Below are positions 14,262-25,513 of a DNA stretch of 40,439 bases, piece by piece; positions within the stretch are counted from its first letter, which is position 1; the number at the start of each line of letters is the position of its first letter. The stretch is taken from NCBI GenBank assembly GCA_037134135.1, contig JBAXMT010000001.1, positions 1 through 40,439 on the forward strand, read 5' to 3'. Both the position numbers and the translations under genes were made by a program. Source of the DNA: Methylococcaceae bacterium (GTDB lineage: Bacteria; Pseudomonadota; Gammaproteobacteria; Methylococcales; Methylomonadaceae). Under the pieces are notes generated by a model, which had not been told where the DNA came from, did not search any database, and saw only the letters and a list, made by a program, of their open reading frames with translations.

Positions 14262-16466
14262 ATGAAAGCTAACAGAATCAGCTTCAAATCAAAAATTGTA
14301 TTAGGTTTCTTTGCAATCATCGGTTTAATGGTAATTCTAATTATCTCTACACTGGTCAACTACGCCCGCACTGAACAAGATTTGCAAAAAATTAAAGATG
14401 TTTTTTTGCCAAACGCATTATTGTCAGGGCAAATGGCGCGTGACATCGTGCAAGTTCAGCAATTTTTAAACAATGTTTCAGCCACTCACGATCCAGCTGC
14501 TTATGTTGATGCAGATCGCTCGCGTGAAGATTTCAAGCATGGGTTAGAACAATATAGACAATTTGCCATAAACGATACGGTCAAATTAAAAGCGATTGAT
14601 ACACTTGAAATGAGTTTTGACGCATTTTATGTCGATGGTAAACGCATGACAGAAGCCTATTTGAACGAAGGTTCAGAAGCAGGTAATCAAATTATGGGCG
14701 ATTTTGATCACGCCGCCAGCAAGTTATCATCGCAAATGATTCGACTTAGAAATAGTGAATCTAACGGTGCAAAAGCCAGCATTCAAAACATTTTTGATGA
14801 CACGCATAAAATGCGAAATACGTTGTGGCTAATGGCTTCGGTGATTATTAGTTTGGCGGTTACGATTGCGTTGTTACTTAGTTATTATTTGAGTAAACAA
14901 TTAGGTATTGATCCATATCACGCGAAAGGTATCGCCAAAGAAATCGCAGACGGTCATTTGTCTCGTGAAATTAACCTCCGTAAAGGCGATAAAGACAGTT
15001 TGTTGTATTCGATTAAAAATATGCAGGAAAAATTATTGGTTCGTCGAACCGAAGAAAGACAAGCTGCAGCTGAAATTTTGCGTATTAAAATTGGATTAGA
15101 TAACGCCAGCAAAGGAATTATGATGGCGGATAATAATCGAAATCTAGTTTATTTTAATGATGCTGCGAAGAAGATATTGCAGCAATACGCCACTGAAATT
15201 GAAGGCAAAGAACCGTATTTTGATGTTGAAAATTTGATTGGATTAAATATCGATCGGTTTCATCAAAATTCTGGACATCAAATGGGATTATTGAACTCAC
15301 TTACAGAAAGTATTTTTTCGTATGCGAAATTGGGTAGTCGAACCATGACAATTGTTGCCAGTCCGATATTAAATGACCGTGGTGAACGTTTAGGCACAGT
15401 TGCCGAATGGTACGATTGCACAGCGGAAACGGTTGTTGAGCAAGAAGTCGCTGAGATTGTTAAAGCGGCGAGTCGTGGCGATTTTTCACAACGTTTTAAT
15501 TTGGAAGGCAAAGAAGACTTTTTACTCGATTTAACACAAGGTTTAAATCAATTATTAAATACTTGTGAAGCGGGTTTGAACGATATTGCGGAAGTATTAT
15601 TTGCGATTTCACAAGGTGATTTAACCAAAACAATCGAAACCGAATATGAAGGAACGTTTGGGAAACTTAAAAACGACACCAACATGACGGTTGAAAAACT
15701 CAAAATAATGATTGAGCAAATCCGAAGCTCGACAGACAGTATTTACAGTGGTTCAAAAGAAATTGCATCTGGTAATAATGATTTATCGCATCGAACTGAA
15801 ATGCAGGCAGCACGTTTGCAAGAAACCGCTTCGAGTATGGAACAGCTCACGCAAGCTGTAAAAAATAATGTCGGTAATGCTAAACAAGCAAATGAGCTGG
15901 TGACTAATTCTGTGAGTATCGCAATGGAAGGCGGTAAAGTCGTTGAAAATGTGATTGAAATGATGGAAGGCATCAATCAATCGTCACGACGCATTGAAGA
16001 CATTATTGCGGTGATTGACGATATTGCTTTTCAAACTAACATTTTGGCGTTGAACGCGGCGGTTGAAGCGGCTCGCGCTGGCGAACAAGGCAATGGTTTT
16101 GCGGTCGTTGCAGTCGAAGTTCGTAATTTAGCTCAACGCGCTGCATTAGCAGCAGCTGAAATTAAAAAATTGATTGCCGATTCTGTGACGCAAGTAAATA
16201 ACGGTGGTCAATTAGTTGAACAAGCAGGGCAAACCATGAATAAAATCATTGATTCGATTCAAGGTGTCACACAGATAATGAGCGAAATTAGTGACGCATC
16301 TGCGGAACAAAATTCGGACATTATTCAAGTCAATCAAGCGATAAACCAAATGGATAACGTCACACAACAAAACGCGGCATTAGTTGAACAATCAGCGGCA
16401 GCCGCTGAATCACTCGAAGAACAATCTCAGAATTTAGCCGTTGTGATTCACAATTTCAAAATATAA
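14262..16466 (+). CDS. Methyl-accepting chemotaxis protein (periplasmic helical sensor, HAMP, PAS, extra HAMP-like repeats, MA domain)
   Basis: Two TM segments and the highly conserved signalling hairpin IAFQTNILALNAAVEAARAGEQGNGFAVVA.EVRNLA. A PAS-like segment lies around LDNASKGIMMADNNRNLVYFNDAA. Confidence 0.92.
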   Translation: MKANRISFKSKIVLGFFAIIGLMVILIISTLVNYARTEQDLQKIKDVFLPNALLSGQMARDIVQVQQFLNNVSATHDPAAYVDADRSREDFKHGLEQYRQFAINDTVKLKAIDTLEMSFDAFYVDGKRMTEAYLNEGSEAGNQIMGDFDHAASKLSSQMIRLRNSESNGAKASIQNIFDDTHKMRNTLWLMASVIISLAVTIALLLSYYLSKQLGIDPYHAKGIAKEIADGHLSREINLRKGDKDSLLYSIKNMQEKLLVRRTEERQAAAEILRIKIGLDNASKGIMMADNNRNLVYFNDAAKKILQQYATEIEGKEPYFDVENLIGLNIDRFHQNSGHQMGLLNSLTESIFSYAKLGSRTMTIVASPILNDRGERLGTVAEWYDCTAETVVEQEVAEIVKAASRGDFSQRFNLEGKEDFLLDLTQGLNQLLNTCEAGLNDIAEVLFAISQGDLTKTIETEYEGTFGKLKNDTNMTVEKLKIMIEQIRSSTDSIYSGSKEIASGNNDLSHRTEMQAARLQETASSMEQLTQAVKNNVGNAKQANELVTNSVSIAMEGGKVVENVIEMMEGINQSSRRIEDIIAVIDDIAFQTNILALNAAVEAARAGEQGNGFAVVAVEVRNLAQRAALAAAEIKKLIADSVTQVNNGGQLVEQAGQTMNKIIDSIQGVTQIMSEISDASAEQNSDIIQVNQAINQMDNVTQQNAALVEQSAAAAESLEEQSQNLAVVIHNFKI

Positions 16467-16514
16467 AAACGGTTTTGAAATTTTTATTTTTATTCTTATT
16501 TTTAACTTTTAAAT

Positions 16515-17207
16515 ATGCCCAATTTTATAATTCTCGTTGTTGAAGACGAAGATGCCATCAGAGAAATGTTAGTCGTTGTATTAGAGCAAGCTGGTTTTGT
16601 TGTGAAAGCAGCATCGAACACCGAAGACGCGCAACGCTTTTTGAATGACACGTTACCCGATTTAATTTTATTGGATTGGATGTTACCAAATGTTAGCGGT
16701 GTGGAATGGGCGCGACGTTTGCGTAAAGAACCAATTTATCAAGAATTGCCGATTATTTTGCTGACCGCACGCGGAGAAGAAGAAGACAAAATTCGTGGAT
16801 TTGGCTGTGGTGTTGACGATTACATGACTAAACCATTTTCACCGCGTGAATTGGTGGCGCGATTACGCGCAGTGCTTCGCCGCAGCAGCAAACATCAATG
16901 GTCGCCACAAATTATTGTGGGTGATTTAATTCTTGATACTGAACAGCATCGTCTTACAATTGGCGATAAGTTAGTTGAAGTCAGTCCAACTGAATTTCGT
17001 TTGATGCAGTTTTTCATGACGCACCCTGATAAAGTATTCAATCGCACGCAATTACTCGACCAAGTTTGGGGGCGTAGCGTTTATATTGAAGAACGAACGG
17101 TTGATGTTCATATTCGCCGTTTACGCAAAATTTTAGAAATTTATGGACGTGAAGAATTAGTCCAAACTGTACGCGGTTTTGGCTATCGGTTTTCTGTCAC
17201 GCAGTAA
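16515..17207 (+). CDS. phoB: Phosphate regulon response regulator
   Basis: Strong colinearity with E. coli PhoB (ILVVEDEDAIREM..., DLILLDWMLP, LTARGEEEDK, DDYMTKPFSPRELVAR) with a winged-helix C-terminus. Confidence 0.93.
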   Translation: MPNFIILVVEDEDAIREMLVVVLEQAGFVVKAASNTEDAQRFLNDTLPDLILLDWMLPNVSGVEWARRLRKEPIYQELPIILLTARGEEEDKIRGFGCGVDDYMTKPFSPRELVARLRAVLRRSSKHQWSPQIIVGDLILDTEQHRLTIGDKLVEVSPTEFRLMQFFMTHPDKVFNRTQLLDQVWGRSVYIEERTVDVHIRRLRKILEIYGREELVQTVRGFGYRFSVTQ

Positions 17208-17219
17208 CGGAGTTAACGA

Positions 17220-18494
17220 ATGGCAATTTGGCAACGCGAAATTATTACTTTCATATTGTTGTTTTTTGCAGTTTGTGTGATTGGTTTATTTACAAAATTA
17301 TTTTTACCGCTGCTTTTAGTATTGATGATTTTTTTGTTGTGTCGCCATTTGTATCAAATTCATCGCTTTGAAAAGTGGTTGCGTATGGGCGGGCAAAATA
17401 TCTACCCAAAAACAACAGGTGTGTGGGAAGAAATTTATTATCACGTTTATCGTATCAAAAAAAATAATAAACGCCGTAAAAAGAAACTCAGCAAAATGGT
17501 CGATCAATTTCGACAATCGACCGAAGCCTTACCCGATGCTGCGGTGGTATTAAACGCCACCGATGAAATTGAATGGGCAAATAAAGCTGCTCGTGATGTT
17601 TTAGGTTTAAAGCAATCCGATAAAGGGCAGCGCATTCCAAATTTAATTCGTTTTCCCGAATTTATTCAGTATTTAAAATCCAAGCAATACGACGACCCCG
17701 TTATTTTACCGTCGCCGATAAATAATAAAATCACTTTAGCCGTTAGAATTATCAATTACGGCGCGGGTTTAAGATTGTTATTGGCACAAGATGTGACGCA
17801 ATTAAAACAAATGGAACGGATGCGAAAAGATTTTGTGGCAAATGTGTCGCACGAACTTCGCACGCCTTTGACTGTTATTAAAGGCTATTTGGAGACGTTG
17901 CAAGATGTTGATGAGGGAATGTCATCACTACTTACAAATTCACTCAAAAATATGCTGGGACAGACCGACAGAATGCAGTATTTAGTCGATGATTTGTTGT
18001 TATTGGCACATTTGGAAACCAAAAGTAGAAAACATGAAGTTGTTAATGTTCCTGCTTTACTCACGCAAATTTGTCATGAAAATGAGGAATTGCTTGGCGA
18101 GGGACGAATTGAACTCACGTTAGATTCCGATGCTAAATTAGTGGGTGAAGAGCATGAATTACGCAGTGCATTTACGAATTTATTGGGTAATGCGTTGAAG
18201 TATTCACCTGAAAATACTCTCGTGAAAATTCATTGGCATCAAACCTCGGACACGATTCTTCTTGATGTAATTGATCAAGGTGAAGGGATTTCAGCAGCAG
18301 ATATTTCGCGTGTCACAGAGCGTTTTTATCGTGTTGAAAACAAACGTGACAAAAAAGTAAATGGCACAGGCTTAGGGTTAGCGATTGTGAAACACGTTTT
18401 AATGCGGCATGATGCACACCTCATTATTCGTAGTGAATTAGGGAAGGGCAGTTGTTTCCAATGTACTTTTCCAATTCAGCGTTTAGGCGAATGA
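17220..18494 (+). CDS. phoR: Phosphate regulon sensor histidine kinase
   Basis: N-terminal TM pair, a PAS-like linker, the H-box FVANVSHELRTPLT and the N/G boxes (LLGNALKYS, DQGEGI, GTGLGLAIVKH). It lies directly after phoB. Confidence 0.92.
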   Translation: MAIWQREIITFILLFFAVCVIGLFTKLFLPLLLVLMIFLLCRHLYQIHRFEKWLRMGGQNIYPKTTGVWEEIYYHVYRIKKNNKRRKKKLSKMVDQFRQSTEALPDAAVVLNATDEIEWANKAARDVLGLKQSDKGQRIPNLIRFPEFIQYLKSKQYDDPVILPSPINNKITLAVRIINYGAGLRLLLAQDVTQLKQMERMRKDFVANVSHELRTPLTVIKGYLETLQDVDEGMSSLLTNSLKNMLGQTDRMQYLVDDLLLLAHLETKSRKHEVVNVPALLTQICHENEELLGEGRIELTLDSDAKLVGEEHELRSAFTNLLGNALKYSPENTLVKIHWHQTSDTILLDVIDQGEGISAADISRVTERFYRVENKRDKKVNGTGLGLAIVKHVLMRHDAHLIIRSELGKGSCFQCTFPIQRLGE

Positions 18495-18529
18495 TGTTAT
18501 TTCACGTCACTATGAGGAAGGATAGCGTT

Positions 18530-19120
18530 ATGAAAGAAAAAATAAAAAAACTCTTTAACAATTTTTTAATCGGAATTTTTGCGGTTATTCCGATTGCACT
18601 TGTGATTAAAATTCTGTTTTTCACAAAAGATTTGCTCGCAGATATGGTGCGTTTTGTTTATAGCTACGCAGACAATACGATTTACACGATTTTGTTTTTA
18701 ACTTTGAGTTTTGTGGTTTTAGTTTCAATTGGAAATAAATTAGCCGCTGAAGGGCGTGTCTGGTTTATCACGTTGATTGATACCGCGATTGAAAAGATTC
18801 CATTTTTAAACACGATTTATCGCGTACTTAAAAAAGTAATCAATATGTTTTCGAGCAGCGATAAACAGTTTGCCAAAGAAGTTGTTTACGTTGAATATCC
18901 CAAAGAAGGTATTTGGGTTCCAGCGTATGTGACTAATCGTTTTGAAGGTAAATATGTGTTGTTTATTCCTACGTCACCAAACCCAACATCTGGTTTCACT
19001 GTGATTGTGGATAAAAGCAGAGTAATTAAATCACAAATGAACATCGAAGAAGCGAGTAGTTTTATCGTCAGTATCGGTGTGGATTATGACAAAGTTTCGG
19101 AATTGAATCAGTTGCCTTAA
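18530..19120 (+). CDS. DUF502 family membrane protein
   Basis: ATG 18530 (MKEKIKKL...) is preferred over the ORF-track start, which overlaps phoR. There are two TM segments and the family motif IPTSPNPTSGF. Confidence 0.8.
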   Translation: MKEKIKKLFNNFLIGIFAVIPIALVIKILFFTKDLLADMVRFVYSYADNTIYTILFLTLSFVVLVSIGNKLAAEGRVWFITLIDTAIEKIPFLNTIYRVLKKVINMFSSSDKQFAKEVVYVEYPKEGIWVPAYVTNRFEGKYVLFIPTSPNPTSGFTVIVDKSRVIKSQMNIEEASSFIVSIGVDYDKVSELNQLP

Positions 19121-19134
19121 AAAATTCAGGCAAT

Positions 19135-19173
19135 AAAAAAGGCGCAAGGTAAATTTACCTTGCGCCTTTTTTT
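19135..19173. terminator. Bidirectional rho-independent terminator between convergent genes
   Basis: A6, then stem ggcgcaaggt / accttgcgcc (10 bp, GC-rich) with loop aaattt, then T7. It is usable from both strands. Confidence 0.8.
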
Positions 19174-19183
19174 CGAGCGAAAA

Positions 19184-20311
19184 TTATTTAATCAAACTCA
19201 ATAACACACCCGCTGCAACCGCTGAACCAATAACACCCGCGACATTGGGTCCCATTGCGTGCATCAACAAGAAGTTATGCGGATTACTTTCTAAACCGAC
19301 TTTATTGGCAACACGCGCCGACATCGGAACAGCTGATACGCCCGCTGCACCAATCAACGGGTTAATTGGTGTATCGCTAAAACGATTCATCAATTTTGCC
19401 ATCATCACACCCGATGCGGTACCAATAGCAAACGCTACCGCGCCTAACGATAAAATCCCCAGCGTTTTAACTTGCAAGAATGCCTCGGCACTGAGTTTTG
19501 AACCTACCGCCAGCCCTAAGAAAATCGTGACAATGTTAATCAGTTCATTTTGTGCCGTTTGACTTAAACGATCAACAACGCCCGACGTATTCATCAAATT
19601 ACCAAAGGCAAACGCGCCCACTAATGGCGTGGCAGAAGGTAATAACAAAATAGACAACACCAATAACATTAACGGGAAAATCACTTTTTCCGTTTTGCTA
19701 ACATGGCGGAGTTGCTGCATTTCAATTCTGCGTTCCGCTTCAGTGGTCAATGCTCGCATAATCGGCGGCTGAATCAATGGCACTAACGCCATATATGAAT
19801 ACGCTGCAACGGCAATCGCCCCTAATAAATCAGGTGCCAGTTTCGATGCTACATAAATTGCGGTTGGTCCATCTGCACCGCCGATAATGCCAATCGCGGC
19901 GGCTTCTTTTAACGAAAACTCTAAACCTGGAATAGCATTCAACGCTAATGCGCCAAGCAATGCTGCAAAAATACCGACTTGTGCAGCGGCTCCCAGTAAC
20001 AACGTTTTTGGATTCGCCAACATGGGGCCAAAATCGGTCATTGCGCCAACGCCCATAAAAATCAGCAATGGGAACAAGCCAAGTTTAATACCGAAATAAA
20101 GGTAATAAAGCAAACCGCCTTCTTCTGCAATGCCAGCAACAGGTATGTTACTTAAAATTGCTCCAAAACCAATTGGCAAAAGTAACAACGGTTCAAAACC
20201 TTTTTTTATCGCTAAATATAACAACAAAAATCCGACCAGCATCATGAATGCTTGACCGATAGTGAAGTTATAAAGACCAGTGCTTTGCCATAAAGCGGTT
20301 AAATTTTCCAT
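19184..20311 (-). CDS. oadB: Oxaloacetate decarboxylase (Na+-translocating) beta subunit
   Basis: A polytopic membrane protein with the typical OadB/GcdB sequence ([45 protein letters not shown]). Confidence 0.93.
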   Translation of the reverse strand: MENLTALWQSTGLYNFTIGQAFMMLVGFLLLYLAIKKGFEPLLLLPIGFGAILSNIPVAGIAEEGGLLYYLYFGIKLGLFPLLIFMGVGAMTDFGPMLANPKTLLLGAAAQVGIFAALLGALALNAIPGLEFSLKEAAAIGIIGGADGPTAIYVASKLAPDLLGAIAVAAYSYMALVPLIQPPIMRALTTEAERRIEMQQLRHVSKTEKVIFPLMLLVLSILLLPSATPLVGAFAFGNLMNTSGVVDRLSQTAQNELINIVTIFLGLAVGSKLSAEAFLQVKTLGILSLGAVAFAIGTASGVMMAKLMNRFSDTPINPLIGAAGVSAVPMSARVANKVGLESNPHNFLLMHAMGPNVAGVIGSAVAAGVLLSLIK

Positions 20312-20322
20312 AAAACCTTCCT

Positions 20323-22098
20323 TTACAACGACACTAAAATAGAACCACCTGTGACGGCAGCACCTTCTTTGACATGAATTGCGCTAACTACGCCTGCGAA
20401 TTTTGAACGAATTTCAGTTTCCATTTTCATGGCTTCCATTAACACCACTACGTCACCTTCTTTCACTTCGCTACCCGCGTGAACCAACACTTTTAAAATG
20501 TTGCCCGCCATTGGCGCGTCAATCGTCGCGCCACTTCCCGCTACAGCGGCTAATGGTGAAGCGGTTGAAATTATAGGTTGAATGTTTAATTCTGTTCCCC
20601 CTACAGCAACAGCTACATTGAAGTTTTTGCCATCAACATTAACGGTATATGTTTCGATACCAGAATCTTTTTTCGGTGAATTTGACGCTGCAAACGCCGC
20701 TGCATCAGGTTTTGGTTCAAACGCGCTTGGATTATTACGATTCGCCAAAAATTTCCAACCAATTTGTGCAAACAAACCGTTAATTAAAGCGTCTTCTTCA
20801 ACATTTTTACCAAGTGTGACGTTTTCAGCTTTGGCTTTTTCTTGTACGTCAGCAATCAATTTATCCATTTCCGCATCGATTAAATCGGCGGGGCGACAAG
20901 TAATCGGTTGCGAACCGTTTAAAACCTTCGCCTGCAATTCAGCATTCACGGGCGCAGGAGTCACTCCGTATTCGCCTCTTAAAACAGCAGCGGTTTCTTT
21001 AGTAATCGATTTATAACGTTCGCCATTCATGACATTCATCACGGCTTGCGTGCCAACGATTTGCGAAGTCGGCGTGACCAATGGAATGAAACCTAAATCT
21101 TCACGCACACGCGGAATTTCTTTCATCACTTCGTCGAATTTATCTGCCGCGCCTTGCTCTTTCAGCTGACTTTCCATATTTGTCAACATTCCACCAGGCA
21201 CTTGTGACACCAAAATACGTCCGTCAACGCCTTTCAAACCACCTTCATATTGGGCATATTTTTTACGAATATCTCGGAAATAATGCGCGATGTCTTCCAG
21301 TTTCACCAAATCCAAACCTGTGGCGCGTTTTTCACCTTCTAAACTTGCAACAATCGTTTCTGTGGGACTGTGACCATAAGTCATACTGAGTGAAGAAATC
21401 GCGGTATCAACATTATCAACGCCTGCTTCAATCGCTTTGATTAACGTTGCAACGCTTAAACCTGTTGTGGCGTGTGAATGTAAATGAATCGGAATCGACG
21501 TGCTTTTTTTCAATCTCGACACAAGTTCAAAGGCTTCATACGGTTTCAACAAACCCGCCATATCTTTGATACAAATTGAATCTGCACCCATGTCTTCGAT
21601 GGTTTTCGCTAAATCCAACCATGTTTTTAATGTATGAACAGGACTTGTAGTGTAAGAAATCGTACCTTGCGCGTGTTTGCCTGAATTCTTAACTGCTTTA
21701 ATCGAATGTTCAATGTTACGCATATCGTTCATTGCATCGAAAATACGGAACACATCAATCCCGTTTATTGCACAACGTTCGATAAATTTATCTACCACGT
21801 CATCAGCATAATGACGATAACCGAGCAAATTTTGACCGCGCAACAGCATTTGTTGTGGCGTTTTCGGCATCGCTGCTTTTAAAGTACGCAATCTTTCCCA
21901 AGGATCTTCGCCCAAATATCGAATGCACGCATCAAATGTCGCACCGCCCCATGATTCAATTGACCAATAGCCTATGTCGTCTAATTGAGCGCAAATCGGC
22001 AACATATCTTCAGTGCGAATGCGTGTGGCTAAAATAGATTGATGTGCATCACGCAAAACAACTTCAGTAATGCCTAATTTTTTGGTGTTAATAGCCAT
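20323..22098 (-). CDS. oadA: Oxaloacetate decarboxylase alpha subunit (carboxyltransferase plus biotinyl domain)
   Basis: The N-terminus has the HMGL-like/pyruvate carboxylase 5S fold ([23 protein letters not shown]). The C-terminus has the biotin attachment motif EAMKMETEI. Confidence 0.95.
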   Translation of the reverse strand: MAINTKKLGITEVVLRDAHQSILATRIRTEDMLPICAQLDDIGYWSIESWGGATFDACIRYLGEDPWERLRTLKAAMPKTPQQMLLRGQNLLGYRHYADDVVDKFIERCAINGIDVFRIFDAMNDMRNIEHSIKAVKNSGKHAQGTISYTTSPVHTLKTWLDLAKTIEDMGADSICIKDMAGLLKPYEAFELVSRLKKSTSIPIHLHSHATTGLSVATLIKAIEAGVDNVDTAISSLSMTYGHSPTETIVASLEGEKRATGLDLVKLEDIAHYFRDIRKKYAQYEGGLKGVDGRILVSQVPGGMLTNMESQLKEQGAADKFDEVMKEIPRVREDLGFIPLVTPTSQIVGTQAVMNVMNGERYKSITKETAAVLRGEYGVTPAPVNAELQAKVLNGSQPITCRPADLIDAEMDKLIADVQEKAKAENVTLGKNVEEDALINGLFAQIGWKFLANRNNPSAFEPKPDAAAFAASNSPKKDSGIETYTVNVDGKNFNVAVAVGGTELNIQPIISTASPLAAVAGSGATIDAPMAGNILKVLVHAGSEVKEGDVVVLMEAMKMETEIRSKFAGVVSAIHVKEGAAVTGGSILVSL

Positions 22099-22185
22099 TC
22101 TTATATCTCTCCTATTTTGCTATGTAGTTATTATTTTAAATAACTTGTTCAGCGTTTGATTGGCAGGGTTGAAAAGTGGATTAAT

Positions 22186-22422
22186 TTAATGCGTACTACG
22201 ATATTGGTGTATTGCAGCGGTAATCGCGGCGATGTGGCTTTTATCCGTCGCACTATTTTGGACAACAGGAATGCTGATATTTGCTACAGGCTCCTCGGGA
22301 AAATAACGCTGTATCAATTTCGACATTACGTTAATCACGATAACCAACATGGTCAAAAATAAAAACACGATGCCCATGCCTGCAAACATCAATTCTATGC
22401 CACTGCTCATAAGTTCTGTCAT
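22186..22422 (-). CDS. oadG: Oxaloacetate decarboxylase gamma subunit
   Basis: 78 aa with a single N-terminal TM (GIELMFAGMGIVFLFLTMLVIVI), placed upstream of oadA-oadB. Confidence 0.8.
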   Translation of the reverse strand: MTELMSSGIELMFAGMGIVFLFLTMLVIVINVMSKLIQRYFPEEPVANISIPVVQNSATDKSHIAAITAAIHQYRSTH

Positions 22423-22777
22423 GATTGCTCACTCGGTAAAAATTGTAATCAGTGCATTGTATTATAGTTTTTAATTGTGCGTGTATCGGTTAGCGTAATT
22501 TTTTGCGGTTAATGCAGTTAGGAATAAAACAAATGTATAAGAATTCAGTTAAAAATAACTGATCCGTTAACAGTAATTAGGATAAAAAAGTTAAGCCACG
22601 TTTTGAAAGATTTCAAAGTTAGCGGGTGACATTAATGCCCAACTCTGAATCGTCGAAACCTAACATTAGCAGCGACTTAATGATAATTGCTGCTAATCTG
22701 TAAAAAACACCTTGAGCGAACATGGGATAGATTATAATCCTCAGAATATTTTCCCCTTTTTTAATTGTTACTAATTC

Positions 22778-25381
22778 ATGAATTCCCCCCGTTTTCCATC
22801 GCGTTTCTTACATTGGTGCGAACAACAAATTGTTCACTTTCCTTGGGTTATTGTTTTAACTGCTATATTTCTTTGCATTGGCACCAGTTATTACGTTTTT
22901 AATAATTTAACCGTTAATACAAATAGTGCAGAAATGTTGTCACCTGATTTACCATTTCAGCAAAATCAACGACGTATTGATAAAGCCTTTCCACAAGATG
23001 CCTACACAACATTGTTTGTTATAGATGCTAATTCTCCTGAAGAAGCCAGTCAAAGTGCGACGAAATTAGTCGATGTAATTCGTACTCAAACAGATCGTTT
23101 TGATTCGGTTTATATTCCAACGGACAGCGATTTTTTTCGTCAGCAAGCATTGTTGTATTTGGATACGCCTGATTTAGAACTGGTAGCAAAACAATTGACG
23201 GACGCACAACCATTCATCGGTCATTTAGCCCAAAATTATTCGCTCGATGGTTTATTCGACATCATTCAACAAGCATTAAACGAAAAAGAAAATGCGTTAC
23301 CGATGGATTTAAATCCGTTATTACTGGCGGTGGATAAAACTATTTCTACACAACTAGACGGTAAATCGAATTCACTTTCGTGGCAAAATTTATTGGCGAA
23401 TAATAAATTTTCTCAAGATGCGAATCGTGTTTTAGTCATTGCGAAACCAAAATTACATTTTGACGAAATGTTGCCAGCGGAAGTTGCACAAGCATCGGCA
23501 AGGGATGTTGCACAAAAAATCATGCAAGAAAATCCTAGCGTACGGGTTCGGATTACAGGTGAAGCGGCGTTAGAACATGAAGAATTGGAAAGTGTCAGTG
23601 CGGGAGCTGAAATTTCAGGTGTCGTGTCATTTATTCTCGTTTTTGGCGCACAATGGATTGGCGTACGTTCATTACGATTAGTGGTGATTACTTACGTTGT
23701 ATTAGTCATGGGGTTAATTTTAACCGCAGGTTTTGCAGCGATTACTGTCGGACATTTAAACGTCATTTCAATCGCCTTTGCGACGTTATATATTGGTTTA
23801 GGTGTGGATTATGCGGTGCATATTTGTTTGTATTATCGTGAACGAAAAGTTCGGGGTTACTCAAATTTAGATGCAATTCATCATAGTATCAGTGGCGTGG
23901 GTTCGTCATTATTTTTGTGTGCGCTAACTACCGCATTAGGTTTTCTAGCATTTATTCCTACAGATTATTCGGGTGTTTCAGAATTAGGAATTATTTCAGG
24001 TGGTGGTATTTTTATCGGCTTATTGATTTCATTAACCGTTTTACCTGCATTATTTTGTATTTTTCCTGTTAATAATCCGCAAGCAATTCGCTCTAAATTT
24101 GCGCCACAATTTATTGTGACATTTCCATTTCATTTCAATAAATCGATTCGTGTGATTTCAATTTTATTGATGTTTGGCGCAATTGGCGTGTTGATGAATT
24201 TAACCTTTGACGCAAATCCGATTAACTTACGCGATCCGCAAAGTGAATCTGTTTCGACGATTAAGGAATTATTGCAATCAAAAAATGATTCGCCATTTTC
24301 GGTAACGGGTTTGGCAAATAATTTAGATGACGCGCAAGCCTTAGCAGAAAAAATGAAGAAATTGTCTGCGGTTCATGAAGTCATTACGCTGGCAAGTTTA
24401 GTGGCTGAAAACCAAGATGAAAAATTAGCGATTATTGAAGATTTAAATTTAATGCTCGGAAATCAACTCGAAAATTTCAATGTTAAATTGCCAGAAAATC
24501 ATGAGCAACGCACCGCATTAGTGAAATTTAATGAGCAATTAAAACGTGCGATTGCAGATAAAACACTGAATGCGCCCATTGAAACGCTTGAAAAACTACA
24601 AAATCACGTTGAGATTTTTTTACACGCACACAGTTCTGAACCTGAAATTTATACACAATTAGAAAAAAATATATTGGGTTTATTGCCTTATACACTTGAT
24701 TGTTTACGAATCAGTTTAAGCGCGAAAGCATTTGGACTAAATGATATTTCTAGCGATATTCGTTCACGTTGGGTGAGCCAAGATGGTTTTTATAAAGTGT
24801 TGATTACGCCAGAAAAAAATCAAAATATCGACGCAAATATGAAAGAATTTGTCGCTCAAATTAACAGTGTAGACAATACGGTTTCGGGCTTGCCGATTGC
24901 GAATGAAGCGGGTGGTGATGCGGTGGTTGAAGCATTTGTGCAAGCGTTTGGTGGTGCGTTTATTGCGATTACACTTTTGCTTTTAGTCATTTATCGCAAT
25001 TTCAAACATACTGCATTAGTGATTGCACCGCTCATGTTGGCGGCGTTATTAACAGGCGCGACTAACGTGTTACTTGATAATCCATTCAATTTTGCAAATG
25101 TAATTGCGTTACCATTGTTGTTAGGAATGGGGATTGATAGCAGTATTTTAATTATGCACCGCTTACATTTTAATAAAAACGAAGACGAAAATTTGTTGCA
25201 CAGCAGTACGACACGCGGAATTATTTTTAGTTCTATTACGACGCTGTGTAGTTTTTCGAGTTTGTCATTTACACATCATCAAGGCATGGCGAGTATGGGG
25301 TTATTGTTGTCGATTGGTTTGTTTTTCACGGTGATTTGTTCGTTAATCGTGTTGCCCGCGTGGAGTGGAAAGAGAATTTGA
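22778..25381 (+). CDS. MMPL/RND-superfamily transporter (HpnN-like)
   Basis: 867 aa with two blocks of about 6 TM helices, each preceded by a large soluble loop. The N-terminus and SSD-like TM region resemble hopanoid-associated HpnN-type exporters. Confidence 0.78.
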   Translation: MNSPRFPSRFLHWCEQQIVHFPWVIVLTAIFLCIGTSYYVFNNLTVNTNSAEMLSPDLPFQQNQRRIDKAFPQDAYTTLFVIDANSPEEASQSATKLVDVIRTQTDRFDSVYIPTDSDFFRQQALLYLDTPDLELVAKQLTDAQPFIGHLAQNYSLDGLFDIIQQALNEKENALPMDLNPLLLAVDKTISTQLDGKSNSLSWQNLLANNKFSQDANRVLVIAKPKLHFDEMLPAEVAQASARDVAQKIMQENPSVRVRITGEAALEHEELESVSAGAEISGVVSFILVFGAQWIGVRSLRLVVITYVVLVMGLILTAGFAAITVGHLNVISIAFATLYIGLGVDYAVHICLYYRERKVRGYSNLDAIHHSISGVGSSLFLCALTTALGFLAFIPTDYSGVSELGIISGGGIFIGLLISLTVLPALFCIFPVNNPQAIRSKFAPQFIVTFPFHFNKSIRVISILLMFGAIGVLMNLTFDANPINLRDPQSESVSTIKELLQSKNDSPFSVTGLANNLDDAQALAEKMKKLSAVHEVITLASLVAENQDEKLAIIEDLNLMLGNQLENFNVKLPENHEQRTALVKFNEQLKRAIADKTLNAPIETLEKLQNHVEIFLHAHSSEPEIYTQLEKNILGLLPYTLDCLRISLSAKAFGLNDISSDIRSRWVSQDGFYKVLITPEKNQNIDANMKEFVAQINSVDNTVSGLPIANEAGGDAVVEAFVQAFGGAFIAITLLLLVIYRNFKHTALVIAPLMLAALLTGATNVLLDNPFNFANVIALPLLLGMGIDSSILIMHRLHFNKNEDENLLHSSTTRGIIFSSITTLCSFSSLSFTHHQGMASMGLLLSIGLFFTVICSLIVLPAWSGKRI

Positions 25382-25513
25382 TTCCAACCATCGATATAGG
25401 CGAAAATAATTTTCTGACTTTAATTTTTGATAACGTTAAATGACTTGTGGTTAACTACTTAAATATAAAGTAGATTGTAAAATAATTGAATTTTTATCAA
25501 TAGGAAAATACTC

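Noticed and set aside
16452-16482. Inverted repeat aatttcaaaa / ttttgaaatt after the chemoreceptor stop, considered as a terminator, and a Pho box upstream of phoB
   Set aside because: The stem is almost all A-T, so terminator function is doubtful. I could not find a CTGTCAT-type Pho box pair in the 48-bp spacer.
19245-21016. Plus-strand ORFs of 70-144 aa inside oadB/oadA (19245..19562, 19887..20099, 20582..21016), and similar antisense ORFs elsewhere
   Set aside because: They are shadow ORFs opposite strongly supported genes and have no motifs.
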